Below, piece after piece: positions 31,873 to 42,248 of a DNA stretch of 64,000 nt. The first letter of the stretch is position 1; each line of letters begins with the position of its first letter. The stretch is from a virus: positions 442-64,441 of the IMG/VR virus record IMGVR_UViG_2862962057_000001. One strand, 5' to 3'. The position numbers and the translations under genes were made by a program. A model generated the notes under the pieces. It was not told the origin of the DNA. It saw only the letters and a list, made by a program, of their open reading frames with translations, and made no database searches.

Positions 31873-33057
31873 TTAGGCTGCTACGCTTGTTTTAACCGGC
31901 AGAATCTGCACTGCTTCTTTAAGCACGAGTTTGCCGTCTACACGCTCTTTAGCAACGAAACCTATCATGCCGTTTCCAGCGAAAAGCTCGGTAAGCTCTT
32001 TAAACGAGCGTGAACCACGGTCGCCAATGTTGTAGTACGAGTAGTCGCCAAAAGCTACCATGTTTTCAGGCGCGTAAGCAGACGTGTATACCGGGTATCC
32101 GAGAATCCTGTTCGGCTCATCATCCTGGTATGAAGGCTGCCAAACGTACGCACCGTTATTGTCTTTAAGTTTTCGTATGCTCGCGACTGTTTTATCGTTC
32201 ATAATAAAACTCGCGTTTTTACGGTATGGTCGCCTCAAAGCGTGAATAAGATCAATCAGATCATCAGTTTTAATACCGGCAGTTTCTTTAAGGAACGTGC
32301 CGCCGTCTTTCTTGTTGAAAATACCAGTCGGTTTTCCCACGCCATCCCCGTTAAGAAAAGCGTCTTCCTCAGCGTTAGCTAACGCCATACCGAAGGATGT
32401 GAGAAGATGATTCTCGAGGTTAAACGCATTATCATACAAGAGTTCTTCAGTAACTTTTACCGCAACGTGAAGCTTATGAGCGTCAAGCAGGATTTGAGCA
32501 AACTTGGAATCACCAAAGTTAAGGCTTGCGCCTTCTTCAATCCAAGCCGCCGCAGGATCACTCATCGCAACATTAATCTTACGCTCGCCACTAGTAGTAA
32601 TCGTGGTAGCAAGAGAGCGAATAATGTTTTCTTCTTTCAACGTTTCAATCAGACGATTATCATACTCTTCCGGCACAAGATACCCACCATCAGCGTCCAC
32701 GCCTTCCTGCAACACGTTATCGACTCGTTTAAAATTACTTCTAAGAGCTGTAAGCATCGCCTGCTTATACTCGTCACGCGCACGACCTTGTTTTTCAAGG
32801 TTAACACCTGTTTTCATAGGTTTTGCAACAATCGCTTCAGATGTTGGTTTTGAAAGCTCCTTATCCATCACTTCCATCTGCTCCAAGCGTTCAATTTCCT
32901 TACTGTAAGCTTTCACTTTCGCTTCCATCTCATCGTAAGTTTTCGCGTCTTCTTCTGAAATAAGCCCGTCCTTGTCACGCTTAGACTCAAGGAAAGCTTT
33001 CGCACCCTGCCAAGCCTTATTACGTTTCTCAACCATGTTTGAAATACTGTTCATCAT
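31873..33057 (-). CDS. HK97-fold major capsid protein
   Basis: DGGYLVPEE, AFLNGDG..KPTGI and ERVDGK motifs. Confidence 0.95.
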   Translation of the reverse strand: MMNSISNMVEKRNKAWQGAKAFLESKRDKDGLISEEDAKTYDEMEAKVKAYSKEIERLEQMEVMDKELSKPTSEAIVAKPMKTGVNLEKQGRARDEYKQAMLTALRSNFKRVDNVLQEGVDADGGYLVPEEYDNRLIETLKEENIIRSLATTITTSGERKINVAMSDPAAAWIEEGASLNFGDSKFAQILLDAHKLHVAVKVTEELLYDNAFNLENHLLTSFGMALANAEEDAFLNGDGVGKPTGIFNKKDGGTFLKETAGIKTDDLIDLIHALRRPYRKNASFIMNDKTVASIRKLKDNNGAYVWQPSYQDDEPNRILGYPVYTSAYAPENMVAFGDYSYYNIGDRGSRSFKELTELFAGNGMIGFVAKERVDGKLVLKEAVQILPVKTSVAA

Positions 33058-33059
33058 AT

Positions 33060-33803
33060 TTACCTCCAATTTTTGATTAAAAAAAGACGATCCATAAGAT
33101 CGTCTGCACTAATATTGTTTGTTTCCTTACCGCTTATCCGGCAGGCTTTACATATTTTTTCCAATAACGTGTTTTGCACGCTTAATTTTGAATACAATGT
33201 TGAAACCTGTGGTATGCCAATATCAGTGGTTTCACCTCTAGTTAAAACACCGTCCGCGAACCCGAGTTCTACCGCCTTGTTAGCATCCATCCACGTTTCC
33301 GAATCCATTAAATGCGAGAGTTTCACACGGTTAAGCCCTGTTTTAATCTCGTAAGCGTTAATAATGGACTCTTTGACCTCATCAAGCATTGATATTGCTT
33401 TTTCCATTTCGCTTCTGTTTCCAAAAGCAACAGTCATAGGATTATGAATCATAAGCATTGACACCGGGCTCATATAAACCTTTGTCCCAGCCATCGCAAT
33501 AACCGATGCAGCACTTGCTGCAATCCCATCAATCTTGACCGTCACACAACCCTTGTAATCCATCAGCATGTTATAGATTTGTGCCGCAGCCACACAATCC
33601 CCGCCAGGTGAGTTAATCCACACGGTAATATTCCCACTACCAGCGTTTAACTCGTCTTTAAAAAGTTGTGGTGTAATATCATCATCAAACCATGATTCTT
33701 CAGCAATCGTACCGTTAAGAAACAGTGTCCTCTCAAAAATCTCATTATTCTCATTAGTCTCATTGTTTTCCTTTTGGTTTTTCCACTGCCAAAACTTCCT
33801 CAC
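33060..33803 (-). CDS. ClpP-like prohead protease
   Basis: INSPGG, IDGIAASAASVIAMAG, MIHNP and ETWM motifs. Confidence 0.93.
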   Translation of the reverse strand: MRKFWQWKNQKENNETNENNEIFERTLFLNGTIAEESWFDDDITPQLFKDELNAGSGNITVWINSPGGDCVAAAQIYNMLMDYKGCVTVKIDGIAASAASVIAMAGTKVYMSPVSMLMIHNPMTVAFGNRSEMEKAISMLDEVKESIINAYEIKTGLNRVKLSHLMDSETWMDANKAVELGFADGVLTRGETTDIGIPQVSTLYSKLSVQNTLLEKICKACRISGKETNNISADDLMDRLFLIKNWR

Positions 33804-35049
33804 CACCTTTTTCCTCCTTTCCGCTACTGTTTGCGAACGCTCCCGCACGGTTAAGCGGGAGCATGTTACCGTTAATCAAATACAAGTCACCACCCTCACA
33901 GGCGGGAATCTTATCCAAGTTTTCTAACTGTCTAATATCGTTCGCGCTCATCCAACCGTTTTGACGAGCGGTAGCATAACCATTCATACGACTCTGATAG
34001 TCTCCTCGAAGAAGACCATCCACGTTAAACTTCACATAATAAGTTTCTTTCTCCTTATCAGTAAAAAGCCGCCTCGTAATAGACTGTTCAAAACGCGCCA
34101 CCCAAGGATCAAGCGTGTATTTCACAAACTCCAACGACTGCTGCTCAATATTAGAAAAACTCGACTTTTCTAAATCACCAACCATGTGTGGTGGGACTCT
34201 AAAAATACGAGCAATCTCGTTAATCTGAAACTTACGAGTTTCAAGAAACTGTGCTTCGTTAGGCGAAATAGAAATAGGCGTATACTTCATGCCTTCCTCT
34301 AAAATCGCTATCTTATGCGAGTTAGAACCCGAGAACCCCTTATTCCAACTATCCCTCATACCAGACGGATCTTTTACTGTTCCGGGGTATTCCAAGATTC
34401 CGCTTGGTGTAGCACCGTTAGCGAAAAACGATGCACCATACTCTTCCGTAGCTATCGCCATACCGATAGCGTTTTTTGCCATCGCAATAGGCGAATAGCC
34501 AACAAGCCCGTCAAAACCAAGACCGGGAATATGAAGCACGTCAAAGGGTTTAAGTTTCACACTCGTTTCTTTACCCGCTAAAACATCACTATCATTTAAC
34601 GTATACTCGTAAAAAATTTGGCCACTCTCATCACGGTCAACTCTCATACGATCAGGCATTAAAGGGTATAAGCCTAAAACCTCGCCTTTACCGTTTCGAA
34701 TAATCTGCGCGTAAGCATTACCCCATAACAGTAGATGCGTCATCAAAGTTTCTCTAAACACGAAGCTTGTCATTTCAAGATTCGGCTCATCATGAAGCAC
34801 CTTATATAAAGGATGTTTAATCGCTTTAGCCGTACCCGTACTCGTCCGCTCATACACGTGAAGCGGCAGACTCGCCACCGCCTCAGACAGGATACGCACA
34901 CACGAGTAAACTGCCGTCATCTGCATCGCCGAACGCTCATTCACCCTCTTACCCGACGAGGACGTACCCATTAAGAAACGATAACCGCCGCCTGCTATCT
35001 TGTTTTCAGGCTTATCTCTTGATTTAAATAGTCTGCTAAAAATGTTCAT
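33760..35049 (-). CDS. HK97-family portal protein
   Basis: LLWGNAY, EIARIFRVPPHMVG and SFSNIEQQ motifs. Confidence 0.95.
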   Translation of the reverse strand: MNIFSRLFKSRDKPENKIAGGGYRFLMGTSSSGKRVNERSAMQMTAVYSCVRILSEAVASLPLHVYERTSTGTAKAIKHPLYKVLHDEPNLEMTSFVFRETLMTHLLLWGNAYAQIIRNGKGEVLGLYPLMPDRMRVDRDESGQIFYEYTLNDSDVLAGKETSVKLKPFDVLHIPGLGFDGLVGYSPIAMAKNAIGMAIATEEYGASFFANGATPSGILEYPGTVKDPSGMRDSWNKGFSGSNSHKIAILEEGMKYTPISISPNEAQFLETRKFQINEIARIFRVPPHMVGDLEKSSFSNIEQQSLEFVKYTLDPWVARFEQSITRRLFTDKEKETYYVKFNVDGLLRGDYQSRMNGYATARQNGWMSANDIRQLENLDKIPACEGGDLYLINGNMLPLNRAGAFANSSGKEEKGGEEVLAVEKPKGKQ

Positions 35050-35058
35050 TGTCGCCTC

Positions 35059-36651
35059 CTACATAAACAAAATCCCGCGATTGTCATACACGCTTTGAGT
35101 GTTCGCGTTACCGCATCTGATAGCACGGTCAAGTGCCATAATGGTTGCGATAGCACCATCGATTTTCTCGGTTGATTTTTCCTTATCGCATTTAATGTTT
35201 CCTGCAGGATCAGTGCGGATGAAAATGTTATCCATGTTCCAGCGAAGCACCGGATGCCCTGCGTGTGCGATTTTCTGCTCGAGTGTAAGCTTCATAAGCT
35301 CCTTGGTAGGCGGACTCATATCCTTGAACCCTTGTCCGAACGGAACCACGGTAAACCCCATGTTTTCAAGGTTTTGCACCATTTGCACCGCACCCCAACG
35401 GTCGAAAGCAATCTCACGAATATTGAAACGTTCACCTAAAGTTTCGATGAATTTTTCAATAAACCCGTAGTGAACAACGTTTCCTTCCGTAGTCTTAATA
35501 AACCCTTGTTTTCCCCACACGTCATAAGGCACGTGATCTCGTTTCACACGCAAACTCAAGGTTTCTTCAGGCACCCAAAAATAAGGTAGGACACGAAACT
35601 TATCCGACTCATCTAAAGGCGGAAACACAAGTGAAAAAGCCGTAAGATCGGTAGTGCTTGAAAGGTCAAGACCCCCATAGCAGACCCTGCCCTCGAGTTC
35701 TTCTTCGTTCACCTGAAAAGCACAAGCATCCCATTTTTCCATAGGCATCCAACGAATAGACTGTTTCACCCACTGGTTAAGACGAAGCTGACGGAAAGCA
35801 TTCTCTTCACCAGGATTTTGCCGAGCGGACTCGAAAGCAGCCTTAACTTTCTCCATTTGAACCGTCACCCCAAGAGAAGGATTAGCTTTCTTCCACACCT
35901 TAGGATCAGTCCAATCATCCGAATCTTTTGCACCATAAATCACGGGGTAAAAAGTTGGATCAATTTTCCTACCCTCGAGAATATCCACTGCTTTCTGATG
36001 CGTCTCATAGCAGATCGAATGCGTATCCGTACCAGCCGTGGTAATCAGAAAATATAGTGGCTGCATGCGAGCGTCCCCGGAGCCTTTAGTCATCACGTCA
36101 AAAAGTTTACGGTTTGGCTGCGTGTGAAGCTCATCAAACACGACACCGTGAATGTTAAACCCGTGTTTAGAGTACGCTTCAGCCGACAAGACCTGGTAGA
36201 AACTGTTAGTTGGTAGGAAAATAATACGTTTTTGCGAAGCTAAAATTTTAACCCTACGATTAAGAGCCGGACACATTCTAACCATGTCCGCCGCCACATC
36301 AAACACGATTGTTGCCTGCTGACGGTCCGCCGCACAACCATAAACCTCGGCTCGCTCCTCATTATCCCCACAGCATAAAAGCAGTGCCACTGCCGCGGCA
36401 AGCTCACTTTTACCCATCTTCTTAGGTATTTCAATATACGCGGTATTAAACTGACGGTAACCATTCGGTTTCACCACGCCAAACAAGTCCCTGATAATCT
36501 GCTCCTGCCAGTCAAGGAGCTTAAAAGGCTTACCCGCCCACGTTCCCTTCGTGTGTGTTAAACATTCGATAAAACTTACAGCATAATCCGCTAAATCCTT
36601 ACTATACGTTGAATCTTCTTTTTTAAACTTAGTAACCTCGTATTTTTCCAA
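35059..36651 (-). CDS. terL: Terminase large subunit
   Basis: IPKKMGKS, FDELH, GGLDLS and KIDG motifs. Confidence 0.95.
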   Translation of the reverse strand: MEKYEVTKFKKEDSTYSKDLADYAVSFIECLTHTKGTWAGKPFKLLDWQEQIIRDLFGVVKPNGYRQFNTAYIEIPKKMGKSELAAAVALLLCCGDNEERAEVYGCAADRQQATIVFDVAADMVRMCPALNRRVKILASQKRIIFLPTNSFYQVLSAEAYSKHGFNIHGVVFDELHTQPNRKLFDVMTKGSGDARMQPLYFLITTAGTDTHSICYETHQKAVDILEGRKIDPTFYPVIYGAKDSDDWTDPKVWKKANPSLGVTVQMEKVKAAFESARQNPGEENAFRQLRLNQWVKQSIRWMPMEKWDACAFQVNEEELEGRVCYGGLDLSSTTDLTAFSLVFPPLDESDKFRVLPYFWVPEETLSLRVKRDHVPYDVWGKQGFIKTTEGNVVHYGFIEKFIETLGERFNIREIAFDRWGAVQMVQNLENMGFTVVPFGQGFKDMSPPTKELMKLTLEQKIAHAGHPVLRWNMDNIFIRTDPAGNIKCDKEKSTEKIDGAIATIMALDRAIRCGNANTQSVYDNRGILFM

Positions 36652-36830
36652 CTTAAGCTCCTCCTTTCTTTAGGCATAAAAAAAAGACGCCTTCAGCGTC
36701 CACATCATTTCTTATCTTTCCTACGAGAAACAGGGCCTTAAAAGCCCTGCTACTCTTAACTCAACCTCAATCTTCAATTTTATTATTCAGTTTCAGTCTT
36801 TTAGTCTTTCAGTTTTTAGTTTCTAGTTCT

Positions 36831-37055
36831 TTAGTTTCTAGCGTCTAGGATCATTTCTAAAGCCTCGTTTGCAAGCTTGCTTGTTGGCATCATGTCCCAG
36901 CCTCTATCGTAGTTTGCGATAACCTTGTTATTGTTTTTCAAAGTAAGCTTGGAAATTCTTCCCTGGTTAATCCCGTATTCGCTTGGCTCTTCAAAAACCT
37001 TCATACTGTAGCTTACAACCTGATTTTCTACTTTAAGCGTATCTTGTTCCCACAT
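36831..37055 (-). CDS. Hypothetical phage protein
   Basis: PSEYGINQGRISKL...NYDRGWD; own SD and upstream motif. Confidence 0.75.
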   Translation of the reverse strand: MWEQDTLKVENQVVSYSMKVFEEPSEYGINQGRISKLTLKNNNKVIANYDRGWDMMPTSKLANEALEMILDARN

Positions 37056-37204
37056 GATTTTTTCTCCTTTTTCTGTGTTTTTTGTTAGTACTATATATCA
37101 CTCTAAAAGCGCATAATAGCAAGTCATAAATGAGAAAAAATCGCGGATAATTCCACGATTTTTCTCCAGCCTTCCAACCCTATGGCTGACTATCCCCCTT
37201 TCTT

Positions 37205-37489
37205 TTAGCTTCTTTCTTGTTGAATCGCTTGATAAGCTTTTTGAATATCCTTGTCCAAGGTTTCAGCATCCGCAAACAGTTCAAACTCTGTATCGTTTAG
37301 TTTTCCTCCGCTTACCTTCCAAAGCTCCTCGTGAGCTTTACTGGCGCAGGTTTTTGCTGTTTGCGCAATGTCGAGCATGCTGATAGCTGAACTAATTTTC
37401 CCTTCTTCAGCTTTTTTGATTGCGTTTAATGTGTAGCGTCTGCATGTTTTAACTTCGTTTGCGAGGTTTTGTAAAATTTCTTTTTTCAT
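37205..37489 (-). CDS. Hypothetical phage protein
   Basis: AAGGAG SD and upstream motif. Confidence 0.65.
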   Translation of the reverse strand: MKKEILQNLANEVKTCRRYTLNAIKKAEEGKISSAISMLDIAQTAKTCASKAHEELWKVSGGKLNDTEFELFADAETLDKDIQKAYQAIQQERS

Positions 37490-37651
37490 AAGTTTCTCCT
37501 TTGCGCACGTGTTTTTGCTGATACTATATATCACTCTAAAAGCGCGCAATAGCAAGCTTTTAAGCCAAGAAACACCGGGTATTTACACGTTTTTCCCCAC
37601 CAGTTTTCGCTAATTTTTTTACTCTTAAAAACCGTTAAAATGTTTCTAAAA

Positions 37652-37816
37652 TCATGCTGAAATAATAATCACCCAAAAATCATCTACTACAGTAAAACAT
37701 ACTTTTACAAAAACCTCGTTCTCTTGCTCTAAATTCGCGAAAATTTCTTCAACCAAAGAGCCTGTAGTACAGTCTTCACTCAACACGTACGCCTGGTCTT
37801 CACTCGCATACAGCAT
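37652..37816 (-). CDS. Short hypothetical protein, possibly truncated
   Basis: Overlaps the end of the upstream gene. Confidence 0.35.
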   Translation of the reverse strand: MLYASEDQAYVLSEDCTTGSLVEEIFANLEQENEVFVKVCFTVVDDFWVIIISA

Positions 37817-38450
37817 TACGCTCACCCCCGTTTCTAAAAGCACAGGACCCTTCTAAACGGGAAAGCATAATTTTCCTGTCTTGTTTAAACTCGTCTCCTA
37901 TAAACCCGAGTCTAAGAAGGAAACATCTGAAAGCATACTTATCGTTAACCTGCTTATGCTTACTATTATTAACGCGTTTAATTTCCACGCTCATTTTACA
38001 AAGACTGTTTATAAACTTCGCATAGGATGCCAAGCCTGGTTGGTTAGCCTGCTCAAACCAAGGAAAAATAAGCTTATCATCTTCTTCCTTAATATTAAGA
38101 CTGTTCACTGCTAACGCTTTTTTAATAAGATCACCCTTATTATCAAGAATTTTCCTAAGCTTTACCACATCAGCCTTATCTTTAGGAAACTCAACACTAA
38201 AACATTGCGTACCATCACACGCGCAGACTGGAAGACTTATACCATAGTCAGCATCTAACATGTTTTTTAAATCATCTAAATTTTCTTCACTACTACACGT
38301 GACCGTACCATCTTTACTAATGTTGAAAACACCTACCTTGTAAGACATACTTGGAGTTTTTAAGTAAACAGCCTTTACTCCCGTAGAATCCTCTATAGCT
38401 TTAATAAGCGGCTGCCTATCTTTTCCTTTTAACCCGTATTTTAATTCCAT
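37800..38450 (-). CDS. Conserved phage protein (often labelled virulence-related protein)
   Basis: FPWF...NDKYAFRCFLLRLGFIG.EFK..RK.....LEG..AFR. Confidence 0.75.
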   Translation of the reverse strand: MELKYGLKGKDRQPLIKAIEDSTGVKAVYLKTPSMSYKVGVFNISKDGTVTCSSEENLDDLKNMLDADYGISLPVCACDGTQCFSVEFPKDKADVVKLRKILDNKGDLIKKALAVNSLNIKEEDDKLIFPWFEQANQPGLASYAKFINSLCKMSVEIKRVNNSKHKQVNDKYAFRCFLLRLGFIGDEFKQDRKIMLSRLEGSCAFRNGGERNAVCE

Positions 38451-38548
38451 TTTGCCTCCTTTAGGTTTTTTCGGGTACATATATAAATCACTCTAAAGAA
38501 GGTTTTTATCAAGCGGTCGCAAACTATTTTTCATATAAAATACGAGTC

Positions 38549-39784
38549 TTACTTGTTAGTAAATACTTCAGTAAACGAGTATTCTTTACCGCCTCTTAAA
38601 ACTTTCACACTCTTATCATTTCCAACCTGCTCAATATAACGTTTCACAATCACGTCACAATATTTCTCGTCAAGCTCGATAGCGTAGCAGATTCTACCCG
38701 TCTGCTCGCAGGCTATAAGCGTGCTACCACTTCCAGCAAACGGATCTAACACAAGCGAATTCGTCATACTCGAGTTTTTAATCGGATACGCTAAAAGAGC
38801 TATTGGTTTCATGGTTGGATGATCAGCGTTTTTCTTAGACTTTTCAAACTCCCAAACTGAAGTTTCTTTCCTACCCGCATACCACTTGTGTTTACCTTTT
38901 TTCTTCCACCCATACAAACACGGCTCATGCTGCCACTGGTAAGGGCTTCTACCCAACACCAGAGACGGTTTCTTCCAAATACAACAACCTGAAAGATAAA
39001 ACCCCGCGTCCTGGAATGCTTTTCTAAAATTCAAACCCTCCGTGTCAGCATGAAACACGTAGATAGACGCATCATCTGCCATCGCCTGCTCCATGTTCAC
39101 GAACGAGTTGAAAAGAAACTGGTAAAACTTATCATCCTCCATATTATCGTTTTTAATTTTCCCAGCAGCACCCTCATAGTTCACGTTATAAGGCGGATCA
39201 GTAACCACCAGATTCACTTTAGTATCCTCAAGAAGCGTCTTAAATGTTTCTAACTTAGTAGCATCACCGCAAATAACACGATGCTTACCAAGCGTCCACA
39301 TGTCACCCGTTTTAGAAAAACACGGTTCTTCCAGCTCTTTTTCAACATCAAAATCGTCTTCGTTTACGTCTTTATCAGCATCAAAAATACTGGAAAGCTC
39401 CGCCTCGTCAAACCCGAGAAGATCAAGGTTAAAATCAGCTCCTTCAAGCTCCGACAACTCGACTGCTAATAGTTCATTGTCCCATCCTGCGTTAAGTGAA
39501 AGCTTATTATCCGCAATAATATAAGCACGCTTTTGTGTTTCAGTTAAATGATTTTCCTTCACACACGGAACTTTTTTAAGACCCAATTTTTGCGCCGCGG
39601 CAAGCCTGCCATGCCCCGCGAGAATCGTATTATCCTCCGCCACTAGAATCGGGGAAAGAAAACCAAACTCGCGAATACTTGCCGCTATCTGAGATACTTG
39701 CGCCTCAGAGTGCGTGCGAGCGTTTCTCACATACGGGATAAGCTCACTTACGTCAGCCAGATAATACTGCATTTCTTTTTCCAT
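38549..39784 (-). CDS. ParB-N plus N6/N4 DNA methyltransferase
   Basis: LIPYVRNARTH, ILAGHGR, TDPPY, HPTMKP and DPFAGSGST motifs. Confidence 0.93.
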   Translation of the reverse strand: MEKEMQYYLADVSELIPYVRNARTHSEAQVSQIAASIREFGFLSPILVAEDNTILAGHGRLAAAQKLGLKKVPCVKENHLTETQKRAYIIADNKLSLNAGWDNELLAVELSELEGADFNLDLLGFDEAELSSIFDADKDVNEDDFDVEKELEEPCFSKTGDMWTLGKHRVICGDATKLETFKTLLEDTKVNLVVTDPPYNVNYEGAAGKIKNDNMEDDKFYQFLFNSFVNMEQAMADDASIYVFHADTEGLNFRKAFQDAGFYLSGCCIWKKPSLVLGRSPYQWQHEPCLYGWKKKGKHKWYAGRKETSVWEFEKSKKNADHPTMKPIALLAYPIKNSSMTNSLVLDPFAGSGSTLIACEQTGRICYAIELDEKYCDVIVKRYIEQVGNDKSVKVLRGGKEYSFTEVFTNK

Positions 39785-39798
39785 AATCTTTCCTCCCG

Positions 39799-40584
39799 TT
39801 AGAAAAGACCCCAGCAAGCCAGCTTTTCAAAACCACCCACCGAGTCAATATAATCTTTCGCAATTTTCACAATCTGCGAATACGGTTTACCATCAACCAT
39901 TTCATCCCCGATAGCACAAGAAAACTCAACCACCCGGCCGGTTTCCTGCGCTTTCAAAAACGCGTAAATATTAACCGACACGTCAGCTTTCGTAAGATCT
40001 TTACCATGAAGGCCGCCGCCTGTAACAGCATCAGCCATGTCTGACCCGAGTTTTCGGTTAACCGCTCCCGTATCCACGTTGATACCACCCGTCCAGTCGC
40101 CTAAAGGATTAACAAACGCTGTCGGATAGTCTTTCAATAAGTCTTCTCGTTTAGCGTGAGACTGGCAGATGATAAGCTTTTCACCATCAAGAACATACTT
40201 GCCGTCATACGGATACTTTTCATAAACCTTTCGAGCAATAGTAGAAAGCTTCTTCTGCTCGCCTGTTAGTGGTACGCCTTTAAAAATCCCATTATCAGCG
40301 CAACGAACCATACCATCCTGGTTTCGGCTTAAATGCTTATCCTGCGGCACAACCGTAATATCAATCTTTACTTTCCCAGGGCTTAAACGGTGGATAATAT
40401 TTTTAATATCCTTAAACTTAAACATCACCGTGCTTTCAATAAACACGGCACACTTACCATGCCCAAGCATCACCTCAACAGCAATCTTCGGATTCTCATC
40501 AATCTTGTAAGCCAGATCAACAATTGCTCCAGCAATACGATCCGCAATCTTGTCAACATGCGACGGGTTTACTTTTTCTATCAT
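39799..40584 (-). CDS. Shortened S-adenosylmethionine synthetase-like protein
   Basis: EKVNPSHVDKIADRI, DTGAVNRKL and GGGLHGKDLTKADVS motifs; only 261 aa. Confidence 0.85.
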   Translation of the reverse strand: MIEKVNPSHVDKIADRIAGAIVDLAYKIDENPKIAVEVMLGHGKCAVFIESTVMFKFKDIKNIIHRLSPGKVKIDITVVPQDKHLSRNQDGMVRCADNGIFKGVPLTGEQKKLSTIARKVYEKYPYDGKYVLDGEKLIICQSHAKREDLLKDYPTAFVNPLGDWTGGINVDTGAVNRKLGSDMADAVTGGGLHGKDLTKADVSVNIYAFLKAQETGRVVEFSCAIGDEMVDGKPYSQIVKIAKDYIDSVGGFEKLACWGLF

Positions 40585-40595
40585 AATTTTTTCTC

Positions 40596-41147
40596 CTAAA
40601 TGTTTTTACGTGTAATAAGCAGGCGTTCCATTAAATCGTTTTGAGGTGAAACACCATCAAATTCAGTCGAACAGTTTTCTTTCACAATCTGGAAAATCTC
40701 ATTCCAAAGCCTGACCGCTTGATTCATGTAGTTAATACCAATATTTATAAAAGGCGATGGTATCGGTTTACCTGTGGTCGGATGCTTGGAAAGAAACCCG
40801 AGTTTACTGGTTACTTCCTCGCATTGAATCCAACGAGCACAGCTCATCGCATACCGTTCAATAAGAGGAGATGGCACTTTACTGCTAACACCAATGTCTT
40901 TTAGCCACTTCCATGTTTCTTCAAAAATTTCTTTAGCCTGAAGCTGCGTACCGTCTTTTTGCGTGGCGGATAAAAACTCGTGAGGCTGAGGCATTTCAGC
41001 ACCTTCAAGCTCCGGAATATCAAGAACGCTTAAAGGCCTACCACCGGGGTTTCCTTCACTAGCTTTTTCAACAACCGCTTTCTTTTTACGCCCGGCACCT
41101 ACGCGTCTGCCGCCACGACCGCCGATATTATTTGATTTTGTAGGCAA
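40596..41147 (-). CDS. terS: Terminase small subunit (P27 family)
   Basis: GGRRVGAGRK...GNPGGR; lies downstream of the HNH gene. Confidence 0.85.
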   Translation of the reverse strand: MPTKSNNIGGRGGRRVGAGRKKKAVVEKASEGNPGGRPLSVLDIPELEGAEMPQPHEFLSATQKDGTQLQAKEIFEETWKWLKDIGVSSKVPSPLIERYAMSCARWIQCEEVTSKLGFLSKHPTTGKPIPSPFINIGINYMNQAVRLWNEIFQIVKENCSTEFDGVSPQNDLMERLLITRKNI

Positions 41148-41307
41148 ACTTTCCGCCTCCTTCCCACGTGAGTTTTAACTATTAAAAAATTTTTGTGTCT
41201 GATTTTGCCTATTACCCTTTTGAATACGCTGTTTTTACGCAAAATACCCTGCGCCCGTTCCCCAGGGAATAGGTTTTTAGAGATTTTGACCGCCCCTGGG
41301 GTGGTTT

Positions 41308-41667
41308 TTATTTGTTATGCCAGCGATCTCCACGCTTAGCGTGAATTTTAGAATGACAGCTTTTGCATAGAGAAATAAGATTATTCCTCTCATGCGTTCC
41401 GCCTTCAGCAATCGGTTTAATATGATGAACCTGCTCAACAGGCACAAGCATATGGTTCTTCAAACAAAGCTCACAGAAAGGATGCTCTTTCACATAAGAA
41501 TCCCGCACTTTCTGCCATGCTCTGCCGTAACGCTTGTGAGCATCATAAGGACGCTCGTATTTTTCGTATCGTCTGTTCTCTTGTTTTAAGTGTTCCTCAC
41601 AAAACCTGCCGTCAGTTAGGTTCGGACAGCCTTGATAAGAACACGGTCTTTTAGGTTTTCTTGGCAA
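41308..41667 (-). CDS. Packaging-associated HNH endonuclease
   Basis: CELC..VHHIKP..EGG....NL.SLCKSCH. Confidence 0.92.
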   Translation of the reverse strand: MPRKPKRPCSYQGCPNLTDGRFCEEHLKQENRRYEKYERPYDAHKRYGRAWQKVRDSYVKEHPFCELCLKNHMLVPVEQVHHIKPIAEGGTHERNNLISLCKSCHSKIHAKRGDRWHNK

Positions 41668-41775
41668 GACTCATCCTCCCTTTTCAAGTAAGATAAATTA
41701 ACGTAAAATAAGTGAAAATAGTCCGTCTACGACAGTAGTCATCTGCTTGGCTATATAAATTTAAGGAGGTTAGTT

Positions 41776-42189
41776 ATGAAGAAATCTATGTATCAAGCTA
41801 TACGATTATTCCTTTTTTCATTATTACTCCCTCTTTTAGGACTTATTATCAATTCTCTTAAATCACTCGATTGGGAAATTGTTTATGACTCACCCTTTTT
41901 ACTCATTGTTATAGCTCATGCACTTGGTTTAACAAAAATTCTTCTTTACTCGATTGTTGTCAATCAAAAAACACTCGAAAACTTAGGAGTTTGTAAAACC
42001 ATCGCTATCGCGCTTATCGCCCCTGCTATTGATTTATTGATATTACAAGAGTCTCCTCGGCAATTGGGTAGTAGCTGGACTTGCACGTACATTACATTTT
42101 TTATTACTCTTGAATGTATCCCAACTATAATTCCAATCATTGTTAAAGAGTTTTTACGAAGAAGAAACCAAAAGCACAAAGGTGATTGA
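41776..42189 (+). CDS. Four-TM membrane protein, opposite strand (moron)
   Basis: AAGGAGGT SD; hydrophobic helices. Confidence 0.75.
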   Translation: MKKSMYQAIRLFLFSLLLPLLGLIINSLKSLDWEIVYDSPFLLIVIAHALGLTKILLYSIVVNQKTLENLGVCKTIAIALIAPAIDLLILQESPRQLGSSWTCTYITFFITLECIPTIIPIIVKEFLRRRNQKHKGD

Positions 42190-42248
42190 GAATAAAGACA
42201 CCCTCAATCACCTCCGTGACCTGTTATCTCAATAATTTAACTCTATGA

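Noticed and set aside
41200..41305. cos site between the HNH and terS genes
   Set aside because: The position is plausible, but the cohesive end cannot be defined from sequence alone
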